DNA of 35,910 nt from Octopus sinensis (taxonomy: Eukaryota). Below are positions 25,213 through 35,910 of this stretch, one piece after another. The position numbers and the translations under genes were made by a program. The notes beneath the pieces are model-generated. The model was not told where the DNA came from. It worked only from the letters and a program-made list of their open reading frames with translations, and searched no databases. The first letter of the stretch is position 1. Each line of letters opens with the position of its first letter. The stretch is taken from positions 1-35,910 of the forward strand of contig NW_021826232.1 of the NCBI RefSeq assembly GCF_006345805.1, in the 5' to 3' direction.

Positions 25213-25955
25213 TATATATATATATATATATAATACGTACATGGGAAATTTGACTGGGGACCACCGCTGCTGCTACCTGTTGTTGTTTTTAGTTTAAGAG
25301 GCAGAGAGAAATAGTGTTTGCTAAGAAATAAAAGGGGAAGCACAACGAAGACAGTACATATGGGACAATCTTAAAAAATGTTGTGCACAAATTTATATAT
25401 GTGTGTATACATATACTGTCTGTGAAGCATGATTAAGACGTTCACTGAAGAGGTCTAATGAGAACGAAATATGCCTGGAGTAATCTTCCTTGACTTTGAT
25501 AAAATTTGCCAGTAACGTTAATGATTTCTTTTTCTGTTTCATTATACGAGAAATTTTTATTAATTAAAAAGAATATTTTTTCGTCCTTACACTGAGGCAT
25601 ATTAGCTCACCCACACCTGCTCACAAACACGCGCGCGCGCACGCTTAATTCTATGTTCTTCTTGCAGAAGGCACCCCTGGGAAATTTTAGGAAATTTCGG
25701 TGAATTCTTATTCTACATGGGAGTTGATAACATGACTGTTATTGTTGTTGATGATGATGTTCATACTGGGACAAATAATGTTGATGTTAACGTTGTTGAT
25801 ATGGCTAATAACGTGCTTTTGATATTAATGTTGTTGTTGTTGTTGTTGCTGCTGCTGCTGTTGTTGATCCTGATACTGAGATTAACCCGTTAGCATTCAG
25901 ATTATTCTGTCAAATTTAATGCTTATTTACTCACATTGTTGTGAATTAATTATCT

Positions 25956-26110
25956 ATTGTGGTTGTGCGGTAAGAAGCTTGCTTCCCAACCACATGAGTT
26001 CCGGTTTCAGTCCCACTGCGTGACACCTTGGGCAATTGTCGTCCACTATAGTCTCGAGCCGACCAAAGCCTTGTGAATAGATTTGGTAGACGGAAAGTGA
26101 AACGAGCCAA
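25956..26110 (+). mobile_element. SINE family B
   Basis: GGTAAGAAGCTTGCTTCCCAACCACATG...GACACCTTGGGCAA...GATTTGGTAGACGGAAAGTGAAA. Confidence 0.85.
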
Positions 26111-26219
26111 TTGTGTGTGTGTCTGTGTGTGTGTATATATATATATACATATATATATATCATTTCATCATTTCATCTAGTTTCAGCTCACGAGCTGTGG
26201 CCATGCTGGGGCAACCGCC

Positions 26220-26251
<32 letters not shown>

Positions 26252-26439
26252 TAATACATATATATGCTTTATAATAAAGCTGCAAAGACATTACATAAAC
26301 TGTTACTCAGAGTAGCAGCTTTATTAATTAAAGCATATTGCTCTACCTTCGGCATTCAAGTACTATATACATATATATATATAAACAGGAAGATCAGTTG
26401 ATTATGGTTTTATTTAAGATGTTCCTATTTCAGATTCAC

Positions 26440-26560
26440 AAACTTATTGCAGCGGTCTTTCAGTTTTTGTAAGTGCTGTAAAAGAACCCAGAAAGCTGGG
26501 TTTCCAACCAAGCCCTTCGTGATACCCTGAAAACCTGAAACTTTTCAGCAACCCCTCGTA
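26440..26560 (-). mobile_element. Mariner-type terminal inverted repeat relic
   Basis: The minus strand starts TA-CGAGGGGTTGCTGAAAAGTT, resembling mariner TIR ends flanked by TA. The partner end was not found. Confidence 0.5.
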
Positions 26561-26670
26561 TATATGTGTGTGTGTATGTGCGTAATTGTGTGTGTAATTG
26601 TGTGTGCATGTGCGTGCGTGTGTGTGTATGTCTTTTTTGTCTGTATTTGTTCTCCATCACCGCTTGACAA

Positions 26671-26992
26671 CCAGTACTTAATTTATCGACTTCGAATGGA
26701 TGAAAAGCAAAGTCGACCTCGGCGGAATTTGAACTCAGAACGTAGCGGCAGACGAAATACCTATTTCTTTACTACCCACAAGGGGCTAAACACAGAGAGG
26801 ACAAACAAGGACAGACATAGGTATTTAGTCGATTAAATCGATCCCAGTGCGTAACTGGTACTTATTTAATCGACCGCGAAAGGATGAAAGGCAAAGTCGA
26901 CCTCGGCGGAATTTGAACTCAGAACGTAACGGCAGACGAAATAGCGCTAAGCATTTCGCCCGGCGAGCTAACGTTTCTACCAGCTCGCCACC
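26671..26992 (-). mobile_element. SINE A dimer (partial + full)
   Basis: Junction GACGAAATACCTATTTCTTTACTACCCACAAGGGG at ~26751. Confidence 0.9.
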
Positions 26993-27029
26993 TTATTTCT
27001 TACTGTTAATATTATAATCCTAATATAGA

Positions 27030-27443
27030 GCGGTGAGCTGGCAGAAATGTTAGCACGCCGGGAGAAATGCTCAGCAGTATTTCGTCTGTCGCTACGTTCT
27101 GAGTTCAAATTCCGCCGAGGTCGACTTTGCCTTTTATCCTTTCGGGGTCGATTAAATAAGTACCAGTTACGCACTGGGGTCGATATAATCGACTTCATCC
27201 GTTTGTATGTCCTTGTTTGTCCCGTCTGTGTTTAGCCCCTTGTGGGTAGTAAAGAAATAGGTATTTCGTCTGCCGCTACGTTCTGAGTTCAAATTCCGCC
27301 GTGATCGACTTTGGTTTTCATCCTTTCGGGGTCGATTAAATAAATACCAATTATGCACTGGGGTCGATATAATCGACTTAGTCCCTTTGTCTGTCCTTGT
27401 TTGTCCCCTCTATGTTTAGCTGTTTATGGGTAATGAAGAAATA
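27030..27443 (+). mobile_element. SINE A dimer (full + 5'-truncated), head-to-head with 26671-26992
   Basis: Junction GTAAAGAAATAGGTATTTCGTCTGCCG at ~27249-27275. Confidence 0.9.
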
Positions 27444-27554
27444 AATATTATGATCCTTTTAAGGCAGCAAGCTGGTAGAATCTTTAGCACAAGGTCAGCA
27501 GCTTCAAGGATGTGGCGCGTTGATTACATGGACACCGGTGTTCAACTGGTACTT

Positions 27555-28127
27555 ATGTAATCCTTTCTATTATAAGCACAAGGCCTGAAATTTGGAACAG
27601 GGAAGTAGTCGATTACATCTACCCCAGTACTCGACTGGTACTTAATTTTTCGACCCCGAAATGATGGAAGGTAAAGTCGTTGTCGACGGAATTTGAACTC
27701 AGAATGTAGCGACGGGTCAAATACCACTAAGCACTTCGTCCAGCGTGCTAACGATTCTGCCACTTCGCCACCTGCTGGTACTTATTTAATTAACGCCGAA
27801 AGGATGAAAAGCAAAGTCGACGCTGGCGGCATTTGAACTCAGAACGTAAAGACAAACTAAATTGCGCTGAGTAACTTACCTAGCGAGGTAACGATTCTGC
27901 TAGCCTCGACTCCTTAAAACCTTAAACTCATCTTATATTCTTTTCTACTCTAGGCACAAGGCTCGAAATTTTGGGGGAGGGGTCAGTCGATTACATCAAC
28001 CTCAGTATGCAACTGGTACTTAATTTATCGAGCCCGAAAGGATGAAAGGCAAAGTCGACCTCGGCGGAATTTGAACGTAAAGGCGATGAAATACCGCTAA
28101 GCCCAGCGTGCTAACGTTTCTGCCAGC
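27555..28127 (-). mobile_element. Three SINE A' copies (A head and body with a different tail, AGGCACAAGGCCCGAAATTT)
   Basis: Units at ~27555-27772, 27774-27912 and 27945-28127; another fragment at 34340-34430. Confidence 0.8.
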
Positions 28128-28246
28128 TAATATTAAAAGACAATTACACCCAAGATACCGCGCAATGGGTTCGAACGCGGGATCGTGTTCCTTCAAAACA
28201 AACTTCTTAACCACACAGCCATATATTCTCCCCTCCTTCCTACAAG

Positions 28247-28321
28247 AGGCAACAACACTTTCGTCGTTCAAAATATTCGAACTAATTGAAACATTCGATT
28301 CTACATTCTACACGACAAATG
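28247..28321 (+). CDS. Candidate exon (xATTLSSFKIFELIETFDSTFYTTN)
   Basis: Strong acceptor ATTCTCCCCTCCTTCCTACAAG, donor GTTAGA, 75 bp, phase 1-1. The other two + frames are closed. Confidence 0.38.
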
Positions 28322-28869
28322 GTTAGATCAAATCCTCCTATCGATCTCATATATTGATTTTTTGATATAGATATTTAGACAATCACCATCAATTGCCTCA
28401 GATTTCTGATTACATTGTACATATAACATCTGCGCTATGACATTAAAATCGGGAAATAATTTATGGTGGTTAATTACTCAGTAACGCCATTAACTTGAGA
28501 AAAAAATCACAGTTAAGTTAGTGCCAAACACATATAAAATAATGAAGATTATTCTAAAATCTGATTAGAAATAATGAATATGAACTCAGAGAAACACATC
28601 ATAAATACAATGAGTAAAAATTGTATAAACTCTTTTGGTAAGGAGGAGTGACAACTTTCGTCATCTTCCGGTCTTATTATACCTTATCAGTGAAGTATTG
28701 TAGTTACAGAAAAAGTGATCAAAGAAGCCGAAAATTGATCATTTAATTTTATGCGGGGACTATGTGTGAATAATTTGTATAATTGATGAAAAGAAAAATC
28801 AATCACTGAGGTCACATGAAAAGTGAGAAAAACAATATCGATATTTAAATAATTGATTAATAATTCTTG

Positions 28870-29410
28870 AAGTGACATATTGTCCTAGTTACTATTCTTC
28901 ATCTATATTTCTTCTTCCTTTTCTCTGTCATTTTTCTTCTTTCTCTTTATATTTCTTCTCCATTTCTCGCTTTTTTTATATATTTCTTCTCCATCTTTTG
29001 CCTCTTCATATTTTTTTTTCAGCAGTCTTCGCTTTGTATTTTTGGTTTTTTTTTTTTTGCTTTTTTACTTTCTCCTCTTCATTTTTCATCTCATTCTTTT
29101 CCTTCTTCCAGTCCTTTGCTCTTCTTCTTCTTCTTTTTCTTCTTCTTCTTCTTCTTCTTCTTCTTTCTTCTTCTTCTTCTTCTTCTTTCTTCTTCCCTCT
29201 TCCCTCTTCTCCTCCTCTTTATTTTCCCTCTCGTTCTTCATTCTTAATTTTCTCTTTCCTTCTTTTCTTCATTTCTTTTTTCAGTTCCTCCTATTTATTC
29301 TTCGTCTCCGCTCCCTTTACTCTTCCTTCCTCACATCTATCTTCTTCTTTGCCACCTTCTTCCCCTTCCTCCTCCTCCTCCTCCTCCTCCTCCAGCTCCC
29401 CCTCTTTAGT
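28870..29410. repeat. Pyrimidine-rich (CTT)n/(CCT)n low-complexity tract
   Basis: Directly visible. Confidence 0.9.
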
Positions 29411-29939
29411 CCCATACCACCCTCACTATGACTGAATTGTCACCAAAGCCGTTCTGACCATGACTAACTCGTCTTTCTACAAGTCAACGCCTATCTAAAA
29501 TTACATTATTCAACTACCCAATCTGTCTTCCACTTTTCAAGATGTCATCATGTATAATATAACTTCCCTTTTCTACATCTCTCTCTTATCTCCCCACGTA
29601 ACCGGTGTTCCACCAAGCCTGACCTTTCTTTCTTTGTTCGACTACCATCCGTGCAACATCTATATTCCTCCAGATGCCTGTCATCTCTTATGTCTCTGCT
29701 GTAAGGCTTCACTTCCACATACACCAGCTTAATTTAATTCGTTCTTAGTCGAAAGACACCTGTTGTTATGTCCTGTTATTTCCATTTCTATTTGTGTACC
29801 ATTTCTCCGTATTTTCTTCCGTCCTTGTTTTCGTATATATTCGCTGCTTACTTCCAAGGAATCTAATGCTCTTAGCTTAGATATTCCTTGGAGCTGGCAA
29901 AATGGGAGCAATCTCAGGTATAACCAGCCGAAATTGCAA

Positions 29940-31060
29940 TGATGATCTGGAATTCAACTGAACAAAGAAAACTTCGAATGACCCGTCCATGTTTTTTCTT
30001 GTTCTTGTTTTGTATCATCTATCTGGATATTTTGTTGTCCTTTTTCTGTATCATCAGTCTGGATGTTTTGTTGTCCCTTTTTGTATCATCTGTCTGGATG
30101 TTTTGTTGTCCCTTTTTTGTATCATCTGTCTGGATGTTTTGTTGTCCCTTTTTTGTATCATCTGTCTGGATGTTTTGTTGTCCTTTTTTGTATCATCTGT
30201 CTGGATGTTTTGTTGTCCCTTTTTTGTATCATCTGTCTGGATGTTTTGTTGTCCCTTTTTTGTATCATCTGTCTGGATGTTTTGTTGTCCCTTTTTGTAT
30301 CATCTGTCTGGATGTTTTGTTGTCCCTTTTTGTATCATCTGTCTGGATGTTTTGTTGTCCCTTTTTTGTATCATCTGTCTGGATGTTTTGTTGTCCCTTT
30401 TTTGTATCATCTGTCTGAATGTTTTGTGGTCCCTTTTGTGTATCATCTGTCTGGATGTTTTGTTGTCCTTTTTTAGTATCATCTGTCTGAATGTTTTGTT
30501 GTCCCTTTTTTGTATCATCTGTCTGGATGTTTGTTGTCCATTTTTGTATCATCTGTCTGGAGTGTTTGTTGTCCTATTTTGTATCATCTGTCTGGATGTT
30601 TGTTGTCCCTTTTTGTATCATCTGTCTGGATGTTTTGTTGTCCTTTTTTTGTATCATCTGTCTGGATGTTTGTTGTCCCTTTTTTGTATCTTTGTCTGGA
30701 TGTTTTGTTATCCCTTTTTGTATCATCTGTCTGGATGTTTTGTTGTCCTTTTTTAGTATCATCTGTCTGAATGCTTTGCTGTCCCTTTTTTGTATCATCT
30801 GTCTGGATGTTTTGTTGTCCCTTTTTTGTATCATCTGTCTGGATGTTTTGTTGTCCCTTTTTTGTATCATCTGTCTGGGTGTTTTGTTGTCCTTTTTTAG
30901 TATCATCTGTCTGAATGTTTTGTTGTCCTATTTTGTATAATCTGTCTGGATGTTTTGTTGTCCTATTTTGTATCATCTGTCTGGATGTTTTGTTGTCCCT
31001 TTTTTGTATCATCTGTCTGGATGTTTTGCGTTCTTGTCTCATTTTTTGTATTCCTTTATA
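29940..31060 (+). mobile_element. Dispersed repeat copy hosting the 35-36-bp minisatellite
   Basis: The flanks CTTCGAATGACCCGTCC and GGATGTTTTGCGTTCTTGTC.CATTTT are contiguous in the unexpanded copy at 33540-33612. Confidence 0.7.
30011..31027. repeat. 35-36-bp minisatellite (TGTATCATCTGTCTGGATGTTTTGTTGTCCCTTTTT), 29 units by my count
   Basis: Counted unit starts from 30011 to 31005; length variation is mainly in the T runs. Confidence 0.97.
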
Positions 31061-31245
31061 TATATATATACATATATAACTCAGAAGTAGTAAATTATCC
31101 AAACGAGGATTGGACCGCAAGCTACTCTTTAGGTCCAGCATAACTTGGTTATAGGATGTTTACATTGTCGTTCGGAGATCCCGTGTAAATTTGTTGGAGA
31201 TTCAATAATTTCCTACACTTTGATCCTTGGATCTTACCTTTACGC

Positions 31246-31299
<54 letters not shown>

Positions 31300-31308
31300 G
31301 TAGAGAGA

Positions 31309-31347
<39 letters not shown>

Positions 31348-31349
31348 GC

Positions 31350-31735
31350 ATAGGCATAGTTGTGTGGTAAGAGGTTTGTTTGCCAAACCTCCTGGTACCG
31401 GGTTCAGTCCTACTGCGTGGCGCTTTCAGCATATGCCTTTTGCTATAGCCTTGTGCTGACCAAAGACTTGCTAGAGGATTTGGTAGATGGAAAATGAAAA
31501 AAACCCGTTGTGTGTGTGTGTCTTTGTATCTATGCTTGTCTCTCACCCCTCGTGACAACCGGTGTTCGTGTTTTTACGTTCCCGTAAGCTGGCGGTATGG
31601 TAAAAGACTAATAGAATAAGTACCAAGGATTTTTAAAAACCAATAAGTACTGGGGTTGATTTATTCGACTAAAAATTCTTCAAGGTGGTGCTCCAGCATG
31701 GCCGCAACCCAATGATTGAAACAGGTAAACACAAA
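31350..31735 (+). mobile_element. Diverged composite SINE B + (TG)n + C
   Basis: GTGTGGTAAGAGGTTTG...GGGTTCAGTCCTACTGCGTGGC...GACAACCGGTGTT...GGTGCTCCAGCATGGCCGC. Confidence 0.85.
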
Positions 31736-32047
31736 GACAAAAATATATACATTTACGGTCATGCACTTTACTGTAAACCTTGCAGAAATTTGTACACATA
31801 CGCACATACATACATACACTCATACATGTGTGTCTGTGTGTGTGTGTACTTACATATATGTTTGTGTGTGTGTGTGTGTATGTGTGTGTGTGTGTGTGCG
31901 TGCGTGCACGCGCATAAATAGGTATAATATTTTGCTATTATCCCAGTGAGAAGAAAGATAAGGAAATATATGATGATTTTTATTCCTTGGAGAGGAGTAA
32001 TATAGAAATTGAAAGATAAAGGTATATGTGTGTATAAATATATACAT

Positions 32048-32087
<40 letters not shown>

Positions 32088-32227
32088 ATAATGAGAAATA
32101 TATACGTATATATTTACATACAAACATCATATATGTAATCATATATACATATATATAAATAGATATGTATATATATTTGTGTGTGTCTATATATATATGC
32201 GTATATATGTGTGTGTATATATGTACA

Positions 32228-32280
<53 letters not shown>

Positions 32281-32469
32281 ATATATATATATATATTATA
32301 TATATATATATTATATATATATTACACACACACAGGTACATTCAACGACATACATACATACTGGCGTTTGCGCGTGATTGTATATATATATACATATATA
32401 TACGCACGTACATTGAACGACATTATACAGGCGTTTGTGCGTGTATCTGTGTAGGAGGTACTGTACTTC

Positions 32470-32740
32470 ATGATGATGATGATGATGATGCTGATGATAG
32501 ACATGACGCCGAAGCGGATGATGCTGTTGGTATTGGCGATGATGGTGGTGGTGCTGGTGGTGGTGGTGGTAGTGGCGGCGACGGTGGCGGTGGTGGTGGT
32601 GGTGGTGGTGGTGGTGGTGGTGGTGGTGGCGGCGATGATGATGATAACGGTAACGGTGGTGGTGGTGATGGTGGTGGTGGTGATGATGGTGGTGGTGGTG
32701 ATGATGGTGGTGGTGGTGGTGGTGGTGGTGGTGGTGGTGT
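32470..32740. repeat. (GAT)n/(GGT)n triplet block
   Basis: Directly visible. Confidence 0.95.
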
Positions 32741-32856
32741 GATTTTTAGTGGTGGCCTACCATTATTAGGAGATAACGATAAACCGACCAGACTAATGAT
32801 GAAAGACACGGTCGATTAACAAACCAATTAACATAACGTGAAAACGTAGGTAGTTA

Positions 32857-32868
32857 CGCGCATGCGCA
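32857..32868. promoter_or_regulatory. Perfect NRF1/EWG-type palindrome CGCGCATGCGCA
   Basis: Matches YGCGCAYGCGCR in a unique island, with CCAAT ~30 bp upstream. Function unproven. Confidence 0.25.
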
Positions 32869-33220
32869 CAGTACACTCTATCGTAACGACCATGGTTTCT
32901 TTTAATTAGCCAGAGCATGTGACATACTGTTGCTCCGACTGAGTACATTTATGGTGAAAGACACGCCGTCAAGAACCATACTTTGAAGCATTGTCCATCT
33001 AGGGCAACACTATTTGGTGTTCAAATGTTTCGATTTGGGAGAGTAAAATTTGAGGGAGATTTGGCTGTTATTTCAACGGATAGTGTCTTCTACTATAACC
33101 TCGGGTCGACCAAAGCCTTGTGAGTGGATTTGGTAGACGGGAAGTGAAAGAAGCCCGTCTTATATACACATACTATATAGTCTATTGACTAGCCCGTCGT
33201 ATATATATATATATATATAA

Positions 33221-33614
33221 ACAATTGCAGCATGGAAGGTGCTTATAAACCATTTAAGAAACACACAAAAACCGTTCACTGATAAAATTCTGTGCTGCAG
33301 CACGGAATTTTGTCAGTGAACAGGTCGCAATCTCAAAGCGACGAACATATTTTGACAAATCAAATTTATATGTTGAAGTGAATCTTACGGTTTTTGTGGT
33401 TTTTAAATGGCTTATAAACACCTTCTACGCTGCAATTATTTTCGTTCCAGCACACGATCTCAGATCAGGTCACTTGCTATGCAAGTACATCCACGTAATA
33501 TATATTGCGAGGATGATCCGGTTCTTGACTGAAGATTAAAGGCTTCGAATGACCCGTCCGTGTTTTTTTTATTGTCTATTTGGATGTTTTGCGTTCTTGT
33601 CCCATTTTGTATTT

Positions 33615-33620
<6 letters not shown>
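33221..33620. mobile_element. Fold-back repeat element plus an unexpanded copy of the minisatellite-host repeat
   Basis: Inverted arms 33222-33275 and 33387-33437, central 48-nt palindrome, then GACTGAAGATTAAAGGCTTCGAATGACCCGTCC. Confidence 0.55.
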
Positions 33621-33658
<38 letters not shown>

Positions 33659-33670
33659 ACACACATATAG

Positions 33671-33704
<34 letters not shown>

Positions 33705-34571
33705 TATATAATATATTGTGACGATAATGATAATTGATAATGACGATGATGACGATGATGATAATGAGATGATTATGATGATGATGATGATGATAATGAT
33801 ATGATAATGATGATACTTCCACTGTTACCGTTCTAGTTGCGGCAGTCTTTTACGTTACGGGTGCGAGTTAAAATTCAAAGCGATTCGCATATTCTTCAAC
33901 TTCACTATAATGCTATCAACACTTTACTAAAGACTACCAAACCGCGGGACGTGCGCCTTTGTCCATACTAATCCAAGACCTCCTCACTAATTCATGAGCA
34001 AGTACTCTTAAAGAGTACACGGAGGTTTTGGAGAAGGTAAGTAATCAGGACTGTGCGGTACCCTGATCAACGCAGGTAACGGGTTTCTCGTCCACGTGTC
34101 GATAGGAATCAAATTTTCTTTTACTTTTCCTGTGATTTCTATTGTATTTGAAGATCTATGATTATTACTTATTTTTACAGAATTATATCTCGACCTTGGC
34201 TTTGTGATTAAGGCATGTCCGTTAGGTTCACCTCATTAATTCACCGCAGGGAAAGTTCACCGTCATCAATTGTCCGATTTAATTTTCTTTGTTTTTTAAA
34301 TAAAATAGTTTTTAACCATCAATGCTGAGATACTTTTCTCCTCTAGGCACAAGGCCCGAAATTTTTGGAAAGGCGGCCAGTCGATTAGATCGACCCCAAT
34401 GTGCAACTGGAACTTAATTTATCGACTGTGGTCAGTACTCCACCCCAGGTCTTTATAAAATACCGGAAGCACGCCCTATTTCCTGATGTTACACTCCTAC
34501 CACACACACACACACGCACACATACACACACACACACCACGCACACACACACGCGAAACACACAACACCAC

Positions 34572-34660
<89 letters not shown>

Positions 34661-34857
34661 ATTCCGTCTCGAGTTGAAAGCCCAAGGCAAGATTTAAAGC
34701 AACCAATCGTTGAACATGTCCTGGTCAGTTGCATCCATTTATTGACTACAGGAATTAATTGCGTCCATGGAATTTGTTTGTTCCTTCTCAAGCCATGCCT
34801 GACTCATAAGGGCCGGTTTCCCAGTTTCCTTGGCGTATAGGTCCTCCACCAGGACGG

Positions 34858-35110
34858 GAAAGTGAGAGAAAGTTGTGGCGAAAGAGTCAGCAGAAGTTCG
34901 CCATTACCTTCTGCCGGGGCCGCATAGAGTTTAGGTGTTTCGCTCATAAACACACACATCGCCCGGTCTGAGATTCGAACCCGCGATCCCTCGACCGCGA
35001 GTCCACTGCTCTAACCACTAGGTGGAATTTGAACTCAGAACGTAAAGACAGACGAAATACTGCTAAGTATTTCGCCCGGCGTGCTAACGTTTCTGCCAAG
35101 CTCGCCGCCA
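34858..35110 (-). mobile_element. SINE D-like 5' half (34858-35020) abutting a SINE A head (35020-35110)
   Basis: GTGAGAGAAAGTTGTGG...GAGATTCGAACCCGCGATCC, then GGAATTTGAACTCAGAACG...CTGCCAAGCTCGCCGCC. Confidence 0.8.
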
Positions 35111-35439
35111 GATAATATGGATAAATTTTCTCGGTAAGCTTTCCTCGCGGTGAACTTTCTTCATGGTAAATTGATGACAGTGAACTTTCCCTGCTGTAAA
35201 TTGATGGTGGTGAAAAGGACCGTTTTTATTAGAAAATTTTATTTATGGGTCTTTCATGAACTGCTTGTTCGATCATAAAATCGACCGGCTTTTTTGATAG
35301 TTTAAACCTTTTATCACCTACCACAAAGTTGTCGCCCTTTCCACTGTATTCCCAGTCAGTTGGAGGGGATTTTTTCCTAGGGAGTAACTAGAGTCCTTAC
35401 CGGATCAGGTGTAACGAAAAAACAAAAAGCAACTAGTAC

Positions 35440-35600
35440 ATGCTGTGAAGTGGTTGGCGTTATGAAGGTCTTCCAGTCGTAGAAAAAAACCATGACACGG
35501 AATCATGACACGGTCTCTCGGATCTGTCGGATCCTGTCCAACTGTCCAACCCATGCAAGCAAGGAAGACGGACGTTAAAAGAAGAAACTGACGATGATGA
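35440..35600 (+). mobile_element. Decayed retroposon 3' tail (RTE-type LINE/SINE end)
   Basis: TGGTTGGCGTTATGAAGG...GTCCAACCCATGCAAGCAAGGAAGACGGACGTTAAA followed by (GAT)n. Recognised from memory. Confidence 0.55.
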
Positions 35601-35679
35601 GAATGAAGAGGGTGATGACGATGACAACAACGACGACGATGATGATGATGATCTGTCGGGTCAAATGTGAATATCTTCA

Positions 35680-35910
35680 TACCAATGGCTTTAGAACTGT
35701 TTCATCACCCTCCCTATTTTTCCTGATTTGGGTCCATCTGATTATTATCTATTCTTTAACATGAAAGAAAAAAACCACTTGGCTGGGAACCAGTATCGCG
35801 GTGATGATGAGGATGTCATATCTGCTGTTAATGATTTTTTTTTGTCTAACAAGATGAAAGCTTTTTCACAAATGGGATCCAAGCAGTGCAATACCGATGA
35901 AGAGTGTGTG
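35680..35910 (+). mobile_element. Degenerate mariner (Tc1/mariner DD34D) transposase C-terminal fragment
   Basis: Reads ELFHHPPY(fs)PDLGPSDYYLFFNMKE..HLAGNQYRGDDEDVISAVNDFF(fs)QDESFFTNGIQAVQYR*, i.e. the mariner HPPYSPDLAPSDY motif, with frameshifts and a stop. Confidence 0.9.

Noticed and set aside
30011-31027. CRISPR-like appearance (36-bp direct repeats)
   Set aside because: Units are directly adjacent with no unique spacers, there are no cas genes, and the context is eukaryotic.
29939-31141. Overlapping 95-255 aa ORFs with periodic 'FCIICLDVLLSL' / 'IQTDDTKKGQQN' motifs
   Set aside because: Products of the 35-36-bp minisatellite; frames swap at T-run length changes.
33911-34036. In-frame TGA (…DLLTNS*ASTLKEYTEVLEK) as possible selenocysteine or readthrough
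   Set aside because: No homology, no SECIS evidence and no valid upstream acceptor; a chance stop in non-coding sequence is more likely.

Overview
Repeat-saturated, AT-rich animal genomic DNA, most likely intronic sequence from an octopus (coleoid cephalopod). That assignment comes from my recall of the SINE families and the extreme microsatellite density, not from a search. The window is dominated by three things: several tRNA-derived SINE families (labelled A/A', B+C, D, E here), micro- and minisatellites, and decayed transposon relics (a non-LTR retrotransposon 3' end at ~0.8-1.2 kb and a mariner transposase C-terminus at the right edge). Almost every ORF in the supplied track is a simple-repeat or SINE artefact. 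A few short non-repetitive islands have single open frames and GT-AG boundaries that chain in phase on the + strand (best at 10.8-13.5 kb, weaker at 22.9, 28.2, 31.9 and 34.2 kb). They suggest a multi-exon gene whose product I do not recognise. No intact rRNA, tRNA, CRISPR array or intact transposon ORF is supported. The most notable structures are repeat architectures: a ~320-bp inverted SINE-dimer palindrome, SINE multimers with recurrent junctions, and a 35-36-bp minisatellite that visibly grew out of a dispersed repeat. Coordinates were counted by hand and repeat edges are approximate. I did not find strong evidence for a major new system.
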